The notes under the pieces: generated by a model
What the model saw: the letters and a program-made list of their open reading frames with translations, nothing else
What the model was told of the DNA's origin: nothing
Database searches by the model: none
Shown: positions 13,401 to 25,222 of the stretch, in pieces
Layout: every line of letters starts with the position of its first letter
Numbering within the stretch: the first letter of the stretch is position 1
Source: Utricularia gibba
Lineage: Eukaryota > Plantae > Magnoliophyta
Direction of reading: 5' to 3'
Assembly: GCA_002189035.1 (NCBI GenBank)
Contig: CM007989.1
Location: 3,720,001 to 3,784,000, forward strand
Length of the DNA: 64,000 bases
Translations under genes and position numbers: made by a program

Positions 13401-13656
13401 TGGATTTTCTTATTACTCATGTATGATTTGTTTTGTTTGGTATTATATAAGAAACTTCTATTTTTGCAACTTTTGAACTTGGTAAAACATTGCTATTTTG
13501 ATATATGAACTTGTATATTATAATATAATTTTATTATATTATTTTTCTTAAAAACTTAGTATTCATGTATTATTTTTAATACTTCAGGATATACGTATTA
13601 CTGGAGTAGCTTATTACGTATTTGAGTATTGCCGTATTACATATTGTGCAACTAAG
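10500..13656 (+). mobile_element. Degenerate hAT DNA transposon (about 3.16 kb)
   Basis: Absent at the homologous site of unit 1 (about 6440). Imperfect 8-bp TSD ATTGGAAA (10492-10499) / ATTGTAAA (13657-13664). CGTATT/AATACG subterminal repeats at both ends. The left TIR is not intact. Confidence 0.78.
10909..13382 (+). pseudogene. hAT transposase remnant (BED finger, DUF659, dimerisation domain)
   Basis: FWKYV...CNYCKK...SYSRIRAHLL...GIAVCP (BED zinc finger). LEPIRETWKTKGVSIASNGWKD (DUF659-like). AKDLVYIHTNL near 13155-13190. Many stops and frameshifts. Confidence 0.85.
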
Positions 13657-13760
13657 ATTGTAAATATGTAAAATATATAAATATTGAATAATATTTTATT
13701 AAATAAATATAATTTTAAATACACTGTCATCCTGCTTTTGACTCATCATGTTCATGCAAA

Positions 13761-13851
13761 TGGGCCTTTTGGGGCCCATTTCCATAATTCCGAAAATTGA
13801 ATGAAGATCCAAGGGCAATTTAGACCTTTGAGTCGGCACACAAAACCCTAA
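13761..13851 (+). promoter_or_regulatory. Site II (TGGGCY) pair plus telo-box upstream of RPL19
   Basis: TGGGCC at 13761, GGCCCA at 13773 and AAACCCTAA at 13843-13851. This is the typical promoter module of plant ribosomal-protein genes. Confidence 0.65.
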
Positions 13852-14008
13852 TGACCGGTGGAGGGGTTGTGAGCTTCCGAGGCTGTCGTTGCTGCTTCAA
13901 AGGTTTCTGCTTTGTGTCGTTTTGGGTATGATTTTGATGAGAATAACGCCGTGGCATGAGGGTGATTTGATTTTCTTGAATGAACCGCAGGTTTTGATAG
14001 AGACAGAA

Positions 14009-15213
14009 ATGCTGTCGATGTGCAGCCGGCTTCGATTTTTGTCGAAGCAAGCGGTGGCGAACCAGCTGAAGGATGTTGAACGAATGATGACTCAGGGGCT
14101 GAAAATATCCGCGCCCTTGATCAATCATTCTCAGGTACTCGGCTTGTGGTTTTCTTTGCTCCGATGATCTCATTTGTAGCTCTTTTATCAAATGATGAAA
14201 GATCAGTGTTTTGCTCGTGTACGGTGTTTTTTTTTTTTTTTGTTAAAAAAGGGGGGATGCCTGTGTTTAATGGCTCCTGAAATTTTTGATGTTATTGTAC
14301 TCTTGGGTAAGAGGTTGATATGATGGATGAACTTTATTTCCTCTTGGGGTCTGGGGCAGTGGAATTTCAATTTCTTCCCCAATGCAGTATCAACGTAGTG
14401 GATGCATCGCCTAAACTTTGTGTACGACGTTTCCCTGCTATGCTGGATTCTAATATCATACTTTCGTTGCTTCAGAACAAGCGAGTTGATGTTGTCTGGC
14501 CAGATTTTCCAGCCTTTAGGAATTTCTCAACATCAGGTTCTGAACCCGAAGATTTTTCTACTAGTTCAAGCATGATGCCGCGTGTTAAATTTAAGAGGCT
14601 TGACAAAACAGCAAGGCACATAATGCAGGCACTGCATTTTATATTTCTACTTTCGTTACCGGCCCTGTTGTGCTGCGACTTATTGTGATTTCTGTTTTTC
14701 TGTAGATAATTGATAGGGAGGCAGTAGATGAAGTCAGGGCTAACCGTGAAATACCTGAAATAAAGCCTGGGTATGAAATCCAGCTCAAAGTGGTGAGTAA
14801 CTTTATGAACTGTAACACACTTTCTGTTATTTACCATTCTGGATTCTCTCTGCAGGAAGTGCCAGAGAACAGAAGACGCGTTTCCACCATCAAAGGCACT
14901 GTTATAGCTAAGCGTAATGCTGGTCTACAAAGTACTTTTAGAATAAGGAGGCATGAAGCGGGAGTTTGCATTGAATCACTCTTCCCTCTGTGAGTTCCAT
15001 CTCCCATGTGTTTGCAAAGAGCTAGCCGCTAAAATATTGTGTTCTTGATGCTATCCGGGGTTTTCCCCTTTTACATCATCTGAGTGTGTCAAGTGTTGCT
15101 TCAATAGGTACTCCCCGAATATAAAGGAGATCAAGGTTTTGGGTAAGAGGAGAGTGCGGAGGGCTAAACTTTACTACCTCCGGGACAGGATGAATGCACT
15201 GAAGAAGCAATAA
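14009..15213 (+). CDS. RPL19: Organellar (probably mitochondrial) ribosomal protein bL19; exons 14009-14134, 14476-14628, 14706-14792, 14856-14989, 15108-15213
   Basis: Transit-like [13 protein letters not shown], then [17 protein letters not shown]|[11 protein letters not shown]...[14 protein letters not shown]...ESLFPL|[26 protein letters not shown]. One intron has a GC donor (14629). The boundary of exon 2 is less certain. Confidence 0.9.
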
Positions 15214-15767
15214 ATATTTCCTCTTAAATAGGACAGAACAGCAGCCTATAAAAAATCATCAAGCTAGTTGATCAGCATCCGGTTGGTTCATCGGTTTATG
15301 GCTTATGGAAACTAGAAATGAACAGGTCACTGCACGAGATGCTGATGGCTGCTAATCGTGCTCATTTTACCACTGTAATTGTCCTGGGATTGCAAACCTA
15401 TAATTGCTGCTTATTTTGCTAACCCGTTTCAGACATGATTGGTATATCTATTGTACTGGAAGTTAAGTGTTGTGCAGAAGCATGCCTGGGCTCATTCATC
15501 AGCATGAGTTGCAATTTTTGCCCTCTTAAGGTTAACATAGTGCTTACAACCTTAAATGGTGGTTGCCATGCATAGTAAGGTCCCAGACAGTGCATAAAGG
15601 AGTTTATTGTTTGTTCATTCACTGTCATGTGAGCACTGATTGTCACTCTATCTCAACCCGTGAATATTATCCAGCAGGCGGTTGCTGATTGATGCCAGTG
15701 AGTGAAGATTACCTGGGGATCTGCGGTTCTGCAAACTCCTTTGATCACTTCTTGTCCGAGAAACTCT

Positions 15768-16809
15768 CAAGTGCTAAATATGGCAGAGAAAAGCAGCTCA
15801 TGAAGAAAAGCCGCACGGTTCCCTTTTTCCTCCGCATCAACGTCAAACTCGGTCTGAGAGGATCTGATGCTGCAGCAAGGAATCCAAACTTTCATCCCTC
15901 CTCTTTGTATCTCAGCAGCAAATTCCTATTACATAATAGCATCATGAGTGAAGAAGGTTCAAGATTTTGCACCTCTGTGACGCTGCTGTGTGAAGCAATC
16001 CTCTATCTTGTGGAGTTTCTTTTGGGACTACACTGAGAAAAGGCGAAAGCAAAGGATCAGGGGTGGTTGCTTGTCCATCGCTAGCCCGTGAATCGACACC
16101 AGGGAATGAGCTTATTTCCTTCAAGTCCTTGACAATGTATGCCGACATGTTGCTCCACAAGCCAGACTTGTAAGAAGCTTTCCTCCTCTAAGAAAGAGCA
16201 AGATGAAGCAGGCACTGAATAAATCCTGGTTATCTGCATCATGTGGCTAAAGAAGCAGCAGCAGCTTCACCTTAATTGAATGCGCATGCTGCACTGTGAA
16301 GTGGCCGAGTGCATCTTTTCCCAAGTTGGCGGCACATATCGGGCAGACCTGCAAAATGAAACCGGAAGCATCAATTTACAGACTTCGATGGCGCAGCTCT
16401 GATTCGGGGCCCAATATCAGTAGGAATTACCGCGTTCTTCAGGTCAAAGCAGTGCTCTTCTTGCAGATGGGCACAGAAAGAGAGCATCTCGATTTCCGTG
16501 TAACAGAAGGGGCAGGGAAACCAAGCTCTGACTTCCTCTCCTCCATCCACCACGCCATTACTATGCTCATCTATTCAACAAGAAGATATCTCAGTCCCAG
16601 ACCAGTTCAATCCAGAGAAACAGAATCCCGAATCAAAACTCAAAGCTTTCTGGGGCCCTCAAGCAATGATCAACAACTGTAAGATAAGATCTTCGAAACC
16701 CAGAAAAGGGAATCATCAATCAAGACTAACCTGAATTGTTCCTCCCTCTTGCAGAACTGGCAGCAGGGATCCGCCTTTGAAGTCTTGCAGCCCAGAAATC
16801 CATGTCCAT
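15768..16809 (-). CDS. DI19: Di19 (dehydration-induced 19) zinc-finger protein; 5 exons
   Basis: MDMDFWAAR...|FPCPFCYTEIEMLSFCAHLQEEHCFDLKNA|VCPICAANLGKDALGHFTVQH|...PDPLLSPF...|NRAAFLHELLFSAIF. All junctions are GT-AG and in frame. Confidence 0.9.
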
Positions 16810-18590
16810 CCTTCAAAAAAAAAAAGGGAAACGCAACACGAGATTCACCAAAGGATTCTGAAAAAGACAGATAAATCTAGACCCGAATTTCTATCTCCCA
16901 TGTAAGTGAATCTATGAGGAATACAGAGAATGAACGAGGATGATGACTGTCTGTCTGGTTTGGTTCACAGAACAGGCCGCTGGTGAGGGAGAATTCTGGA
17001 TGTGACATGTTGTATTCAGTACATAAATAATAGATTGTTGTGCGGACACAATGAGCTCGCCCACACCGTCTTCTTATGTTCATTTTTGCTGACAAGGCGA
17101 TGAGGCCAAGCCTATTCCAGTTTAGCTATCCAAGTCCAGCACTGGCATCATGATCACTGGGGATCTGGATAACAGTCAGATAGAAAGAGTTTTCATCTCT
17201 TATCCGAAGAATGTTAAAAGGAAAGATTCCAGTCACATGCCCGCTGTGGGGGCTCTTCTGAGAGGAATGAATGGATCACACAGATGGGAAGCAGAGCCCA
17301 TCCAACTCCCACAGATAAAGCCGAATGGAGGATTTGGGCCATTTATGAGGTCCGTTAATGGCTGCTCTGTGTCAAATGGCTCAGCCCACTGACTGGAAAA
17401 TCCTTCCTTGAAGGTTGGTGGATGGATGATTGGCAGATACAGCTAATTGTGTCGTTTTCAGGGAGAGGAGGCCGGCCAACTCTTGCCGGCATACGCGTGA
17501 TACGCACGGGCAACCGTGGAGCGTGAGCCTTCAGGGCGGACGCCCTCCTCGAACTCCATCCCCAATCTACCAAAATGTTTATATGTTCTTTCTGCAGCTA
17601 CTAAGATACAAAAGACCCACAAAAGGGGCAGTTGTGCCGCACACGGAATGCCACGCAAAGCTGGTTGTTTTAAGAGTTTAGCTGTGACGCAGACGTGTAT
17701 CCGTAATTCATGATAAGCTTGGCGGAGCGCCAGCCGGGCGGAGCAGACCAGACCAGTCACCTTTCATCTTCTTCCGATGTGGACTGCGTCCATTACCCAT
17801 CAACCAACGCACGCCACTGCCGATCGCAAAACAAGCAGACGCATCATCCCGCTCCCGGAAAAGAAAGCAGATCCCCAAGAGGCGCCTGATATGGAACGAA
17901 AACACATCACCATGAACGACGACGTTTGGTGGTAAGAACCAAATTCGCATCTTCTCCTTTCTGGTCCAAACCCATTTATTGAGGAGCGAGCGATCCCAAA
18001 TCTCCGACCCTTCGATTCACAATTTTTTTTTCATGTATTTGGTATTTTTGTTTATTCCTTTAAATGTACGTATTTTTTATTAATAATTTTTTTTTCACGC
18101 GAGATTATAAAATTTAATTGATAGTTATTCTATATAGTTTTCTTACTTTCCTTGACATATATGTTAAAAATTGTATATTTATTGGTTTTACATTGTTTTT
18201 TTAAATGTTAGTAAATATATTCATAAAAGGGAGCTTCATGTTATTCTAATATTATTTCAACTATTTTAAATCCAATGTTTAAAAAATCTGTTTCCACTGT
18301 TTCAACATAGTATCAAAATTGAAATCCAATGTTTAAAAAATTGACTTTCAATATTTTGTTACTTATCCATTTAGCATAAATAATTTATATTATTTAAAAA
18401 AATTGGTATTACTAATTCTAAGTATTTAAAAATTTGACAAAATTAGTGTGCAATTAATTATGTCTGATATTTGGGAATCAATTTTTAGAGTTATAAAAAA
18501 TAAGGATTAAGTAATTTTTGATGCAATTACTTCATTTACGAAATCTAATTAAGTAAATTGGATTGCTAAATCCAAAATATTAAGGTTTGG

Positions 18591-18853
18591 GGTTAATTTG
18601 AAACATGGCCATCTCTCTCCTCGGAAATTTGATACTCAAAAAATTCATTTGCAAAATGATCATCTTCATTATACCCATTTAAAATAAATGATTTATTCTC
18701 CAAAAAAAATAATGAAATTATAGTTGATTTTGAAAATGTTCATTTAAAATGATCAGTGTATTTTGAAGAATAAGCCATTTCTTTTAAATAGGTATAATAA
18801 AGATGGTCATTTTGCAAATAATTTTTCGAGGATGGCCATGGTTCAAATTGACC
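18591..18853. mobile_element. MITE-like element, 263 bp, with 23-bp terminal inverted repeats
   Basis: GGTTAATTTGAAACATGGCCATC versus the reverse complement of the right end, GGTCAATTTGAACCATGGCCATC (21/23). No clean TSD. Confidence 0.6.
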
Positions 18854-19009
18854 TGTTTGGTTTGTGGGAAGGTGGGGTCTGCGTCACATCGACGCGACAG
18901 ACTACCAAAAACATTCAAAGACAGCTGTACAAAGGAATTGTGGTGATAGTACGGTCCCGGTGGGTGGGGGCCATTGGTTCTCAGCAATTTACCGAAATAC
19001 CCAATTGAA

Positions 19010-20575
19010 AAAATTATTTTGCTAAATATCCCACTTTTTAAAAACATTTGCATAATACCCCATCATTTTCTTTAATTTGTTGAAAACCCCAAGTTTAAAT
19101 ACAAAAAAATAACAAAAAATATACATGTGAATGATATATTAAAAAAGCATTTTTTAAAAATGTGTTCTCAAATAATTTTTATTGAATGACTTGTTGTTTC
19201 TATGTATAGGTTCTTATAATTATTATTTTTTTTAAAAATGTTGTTATTATACACATAAAATATTAAATGAATAATATTCATACATCAATATATATATATA
19301 TATATATGTATATTAATACAATCACATAAAAAATAATAATAAATTCAAAAATGGGTATTTATCTAATACTTTTACAAGTATATTTAACTCATTAGTTTTT
19401 TGCAAAAGGTAAAATATAACTAACTCAATCAAGAAAGTATTTCCTTAATTGCATCGCCTAAAGGCTAAAGTCAACTTAACCTATACACCTAGCTTTTTAT
19501 AACATTACTTATGTCTCGTATTTGACTTCTACATTTCTAAATTTTTAGATAATAAAAAGAATTAATAAAAAATAGATATTTAACTTCTTGAAAATCACCA
19601 AATGAGTAGATGTGGGGTGACTGGTGAGTTACCCAATATGCTACTCTATAAAAAATTAATTTGTCAAGTATCCTAGTTGTAAAATTATCGGATAAATACC
19701 CATCATCTTAATTTATTATTATTTTTTATATACTTATATTAATATGTATATTTGGATGTATAAATGTTATTTATTTAATATTTCTATGTATATAATTACA
19801 AAAATTTTACAAAATAATAATTATAAAAACATATACATAAAAACAACAAGTAATTCAATAAATTTCATTCGAGAAAATATTTTTAAAATGTATTTAAAGA
19901 TATATATATAGGATTAAATTAAATTAATCCAATATATCTTACAAATTGGTAAATCCAAGTGTAATGTGATTTAGAAAACTTAGAAAATCTAAAATTGAAA
20001 ATTTAAGAAATAAATGACTTGGATAAATTAAAGTATCTTTATAATAATTAGACATTTGAAAAGTTTAGTACAAAATTTATGGAGTACATGACCCTTGAAA
20101 CAAGTAATAAACAAGAAATATTTATTATTTTGTTAATTACATATGACTAAGCACATAAAAGTGCAGAATATTATTCTGTTTATTTATTTAATTTTTATTT
20201 TATTAATGTTTCATTTAATATGTTTAAATATTAGTTATAATCAATATATATAATTAAATAGTTAATAAATATTATTCAAAATTTAATATCAAAATATATA
20301 AAATTTATAATGAAATCTATGTAATCGATTTAAATATATAATTTTTCATATCATTGTATAAAAACAATGCTTCTATAAAATGTATTAAAATTTTTTTGAA
20401 ATGAATGTGTATAAAAATATTTTGTACAAATACATGTATTCATTTTTAATGTACCATTTACATGTTTTTTTTATTATTTTTGTGTAATTAAACTAGGGGT
20501 ATTCTGCGAATTAAAAAAGATGGTGGTCTATAATGCAAATGTTCTTAAAATGTGGGGTATCTTGTTAAATTGTTT
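19010..20575. mobile_element. Non-autonomous long-TIR (MULE/foldback-like) element, about 1.57 kb
   Basis: About 140-bp imperfect inverted repeats (19010-19150 vs 20430-20575). A second inverted pair lies inside (about 19130-19300 vs 19725-19910). Very AT-rich, no ORF. Exact ends and TSD not resolved. Confidence 0.6.
19288..19307. repeat. (AT)10 microsatellite
   Basis: Read directly from the sequence. Confidence 0.85.
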
Positions 20576-21031
20576 GGTGGCTGTTTTTTTTCTTTTTTTT
20601 ATATATGGAGAAAATAGGGGTGATGCCATTGGCCTGCCTTATCATGTCAGCCTATCACGCACGCACTTGCCATTTTCTGCGCACTTATCTTATTTAAAAA
20701 AAATGGAAATTAATTAGGAAAAGATTTGGCGAGAATGATGAAGAAGAAGACGTCGCGCGGCTATAAATGCAGCCCTACGCTGTCTCTCTTTATTTGTGGC
20801 CTCGCCTGGGTGTGGTGTGGTGTGGGTTGGGGTGCGTCGGCAGATTGTAAGAGAGAGAGACTAGGTGGACAGCCGTTGCTGACACGGCCCTGAGTTTTGA
20901 TCCTTCGATCCGGTGTGTGGATTGTGGCGGCGCCGGGGGTGTTGCGGGAGGTGGAGCCCCACTGATTGCTGTATGTCAGTAGATTGCGACTCGCATTACG
21001 GTGGATTCTGCGAGTTTGCGAACCAGTTACA

Positions 21032-24000
21032 ATGGCCACAACTAAGGAAAAGGCGACGCCTGCGTGCTGCGCATCCGCTTCGGCTGACGATTCATCCGCC
21101 CTAGCCAGGGCTCCCTCCCTCTCTGCTTCTGCTGCTGCTGATTGGAGCCTCGCTTCTCCGCCCAAGGAGGATACCCCGAACAAGAAATCTGCGTCCCCGG
21201 CCTCGTTAGCCAGGCTGGATGCCAGCAGTAAAGGTCCCTTCTTCCGTTTTATTTTTTTCTTTTTTTGTGTGGTGAATGCGATTACGTATGATCATCATAT
21301 AGCTGCTGATTTCTGGGTCGTCTGGATGTGCATGCGCTACTCAACTACAAGCATAATACACCGTCTAGGGGCCTTTTCCGTAAAATCTGGTGTTTAATAA
21401 ACACAAAGAGCAAATTTTGCATCTGGAAGTGGCCTATCTCCATTAATGCGCCGTAGAATATTCGCATCCTTGTGCAATAGATTTTAAATTTGGTTCCGGT
21501 TTCATGCAGCAACAGGTGCCCAGACATTGCTTAGGCCTCAAAGCAAACATCCCTTGGACCCTTTGTCTGCCACCGAGATCTCAGTGGCTGTGGGAACTGT
21601 CAGGGCGGCCGGAGCCACCCCTGAGGTCCTGGATGCCTTCATGTTTAAATTTTTTGTGATACAGTTATTCCTGCATTTCTGACTCTTTCTGCCTCCATTA
21701 TTTCAGGTTAGAGATAGCATGAGGTTCGTCGAAGTTGTCCTGTTGGAACCGGATAAGAGCGTCGTGGCGCTTGCAGATGCATATTTCTTTCCGCCATTCC
21801 AGCCATCTTTACTGCCTAGAACAAAGGGAGGGCCCCAAATTCCTAGTAAGCTCCCTCCAAGACGAGCCAGACTGGTTGTATACAATAAGAAGTCCAATGA
21901 AACTAGTGTGTGGATTGTTGAGCTCACCGAGGTACATGCAACTACGCGAGGTGGGCATCATCGTGGAAAAGTCATCTCCTCCAAAGTTGTTCCTGATGTT
22001 CAGCCTCCAATGGTAAATGTCATTAGTTTTCTGAGGAGCAGAACCAGTAGAACCCTGATTATATGTGATTTCCAAAAATTTTGATGAGTGTGTATGGGAA
22101 TGGCCCTTTTACAGGGTGTGGTGTTCTTGTTCAAGAGCCTTTTGCTCTTTGTGTATTCTTAAATGGCAAGGAGCTCACTCTAAGATGGCTTTCTGGAGTT
22201 TACTTTTGTTTCGTGTAATATATTTCTTCCTAAATGCGAGAATTTTACTGTTGCATCTTTTATTCATTCTGTATTTGATGATTCAGGATGCGACTGAATA
22301 TGCAGAATGTGAGGCTGTGATAAAAGATTACCCTCCATTTATAGAAGCAATGAAGAGGAGGGGTGTTGATGACATGGATTTGGTTATGGTTGATCCCTGG
22401 TCTGTTAATCCAAATGAGCTATTCGGGAATGGTTGACATGCAATTTTGTTTCTGGTGTATTGATATTGCGATGCAAATTTGCAGGTGTGTTGGTTACTAC
22501 AGCGAGGCTGATGCTCCTAGCCGCAGGCTTGCTAAACCTCTTATATTTTGTCGTACGGAAAGTGACTGTCCCCTTGAAAATGGTTATGCACGTCCTGTTG
22601 AAGGAATTTATGTGCTTGTTGATATGCAAAATATGGTGGTGATTGAATTCGAAGATCGAAAGCTTGTACCTTTGCCTCCAACTGATCCATTGAGAAATTA
22701 CACTGCTGGAGAAACCAGGGGTGGTGTAGATAGAAGTGATGTGAAACCCCTTCAAATTGTTCAACCTGAAGGTCCAAGCTTCCGAATTAGTGACCATTAT
22801 GTGGAGTGGCAAAAGGTATGCGCTTTTATTTTTCATATTCTAAAAATTTTGCAGTCCAGAACCTCATTCTAGAAATTTTCTTTCCAGTGGAACTTCCGCA
22901 TTGGGTTCACTCCGAGGGAGGGTGTGGTTCTGCACTCAGTTGCCTATGTTGATGGGAGTCGTGGTAGGAGACCTGTAGCCCAAAGGTTGAGCTTTGTGGA
23001 GATGGTTGTGCCCTATGGAGATCCTAATGAGCCTCATTACAGAAAAAATGCTTTTGATGCTGGGGAAGATGGGCTTGGGAAGAATGCTCATTCTCTTAAG
23101 AAGGTTCATTTCCTATTTCTTCTTTTTTTGCTGGTAGCCATCACTGCACAAATTGCCTATTGCTTCCTGGTTCTCTCAGGGATGTGATTGCTTGGGATAT
23201 ATTAAGTACTATGATGCTCATTTTACAAACTTTACTGGAGGTGTTGAGACAATTGAGAACTGCGTATGCCTTCACGAGGAAGATTTTGGAATTCTTTGGA
23301 AGCACCAAGATTGGAGGACAGGCCTAGCAGAAGTTCGGAGATCAAGACGCCTCACTGTCTCATTTATTTGCACCGTGGCTAACTACGAATATGGTTTCTA
23401 CTGGCACTTTTATCAGGTTATTCTTACAGATCCTCAACGGTTTTCCTAACTATAAACAGGAGATCGGAATTAAATAAAGATAGTCATGCTAAGGTCATAA
23501 TCATAACATATGTTGCTGTTTTTGATGCCGTTTGTGTACTTTGTCACAAAATAGAGTCACGTTTTGCCTGCTTTTTCTAGGATTCTCTTTTTAATTGCCA
23601 CCCTCTGCATGGATGTTCATGAGCCATCTGATTAGGTCTCTCCATGTTCTGCAGGATGGGAAAATTGAAGCTGAAGTGAAGCTTACAGGGATCCTTAGTT
23701 TAGGTGCTCTGCAACCTGGGGAATCTAGAAAATACGGTACAACAATTGCTCCTGGGTTGTATGCCCCAGTTCATCAACACTTTTTTGTTGCTCGCATGGA
23801 TATGGCGGTGGATTGTAAGCCTGCAGAAATGCACAATCAGGTATTTATTCATTCCATTCCGCAAGATAGCTCTTTATTCCAATATTCCTTCATGATTCAC
23901 ACTCTGGTTGTCGATAGATAATATTAATGGAGAAGCTTCTGCCTTTCATTAGGTTGTTGAAGTGAATGTCAGAGTTGCGGAACCGGGGAATGACAATATC

Positions 24001-24796
24001 CACAACAATGCATTTTATGCTGAGGAAACCTTGCTCAGAACCGAGTTGGAAGCCATGCGTGATTGTGATCCTTTATCTGCTCGTCATTGGATTGTAAGCA
24101 ACCTCATCACTTGCCATGGGCTAACATCATATATGGTTTTTACACCTATTCTATAAACACATCTCAGGTTAGGAACACAAGAACTGTCAATCGCAGTGGA
24201 CAGCTGACTGGTTACAAATTGGTTCCTGGTTCAAATTGTCTGCCCCTTGCCGGTCCTGAGGCAAAATTTCTGAGAAGGGCCTCGTTTTTGAAGCACAATC
24301 TGTGGGTTACGCAATATGCACCTGGCGAGGATTTCCCTGGCGGCGAGTTCCCGAACCAGAATCCTCGTGTTGGTGAAGGTTTGTCTTCCTGGGTGAAGCA
24401 AAATCGATCCCTGGAGGAGACGGATATAGTTCTCTGGTAAGTATGTTTTTCATACGCTGTGCACTTCTCCTCCTCCTAAACTTTGCACTTCATCATCTAG
24501 GTACGTTTTTGGCATCACCCATGTTCCTCGTCTCGAAGATTGGCCGGTTATGCCTGTGGAACACATTGGATTTGTGCTTCAGGTCTGCTAAACAAAACTT
24601 GCATATTTTCAACCGCGATGTGCACCAAAAAAAAAAATTTTCTTCATCCTCACTCTTGATGATGCAGCCTCATGGATTCTTCAACTGCTCACCTGCTGTG
24701 GATGTCCCACCAAGCCCCTGCGAAACAGAACCCAAAGATAGCGAAGCAAAAGACAACGGGGCGTCCACCAAACCAAGTTTCATAGCCAAGCTCTGA
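21032..24796 (+). CDS. Peroxisomal copper amine oxidase (CuAO zeta / N-methylputrescine-oxidase clade); 12 exons
   Basis: [22 protein letters not shown]|CVG, the TPQ motif [11 protein letters not shown], Cu ligands HQH and [13 protein letters not shown], and a C-terminal PTS1 AKL*. All junctions are in frame. Confidence 0.95.
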
Positions 24797-24954
24797 GAGT
24801 CCCCGGTTCCCAAACCTGTGTGCAACTTCTTGCTTCCCATGCATCAAATAAATGAGAATGACAGTCCATCTTCAACAGCTGTAGTCATCTTGTGCTGTCT
24901 GTGGATGATTGATTTCCATGTTGTATTTTAATAAACGTGTGATGAATGCTAAGC

Positions 24955-25222
24955 ATCACATTTGGTGTGCAGATTCATGCAGAGTAACAAGACAGGGGTC
25001 AATCAGTATCCCTTTAGCGCAATAGCAATAGAACCATCTTCCACCTTCAACCGAAACACTTGACAAAAAGTTGGTTTATGGGGTGTAGGATCATATTTGG
25101 TGTGCAGATTCATGCATAGTAACAAGACAGGGGATCAATCAGGATCCCTTTTGCGCAATAGCAGTAGAATCCATCTTCCACCCTCAACCGAAACACTTAC
25201 AAAAAGTTGGTTTATGGGGTGT
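24955..25222 (+). repeat. Two tandem copies of a 135-bp unit (about 93% identical)
   Basis: 24955-25087 versus 25090-25222, aligned by eye with about 9-10 differences. Confidence 0.9.

Larger units (their letters stand above)
7852..15360 (+). repeat. Tandem segmental duplication, unit 2 (CYP71A + hAT insertion + intact RPL19)
   Basis: Colinear with 2065-7836. Junction between units at 7837-7851. Confidence 0.9.

Noticed and set aside
16900-17950. Several 65-100 aa ORFs and a partial hairpin (17224-17313) suggestive of a miRNA precursor
   Set aside because: No match to conserved miRNA sequences I recall, the stem is interrupted by a large bulge, and the ORFs have no recognisable motifs.
24955-25222. 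Direct repeats as a CRISPR array
   Set aside because: Two adjacent 135-bp units with no spacers, eukaryotic context and no cas genes.
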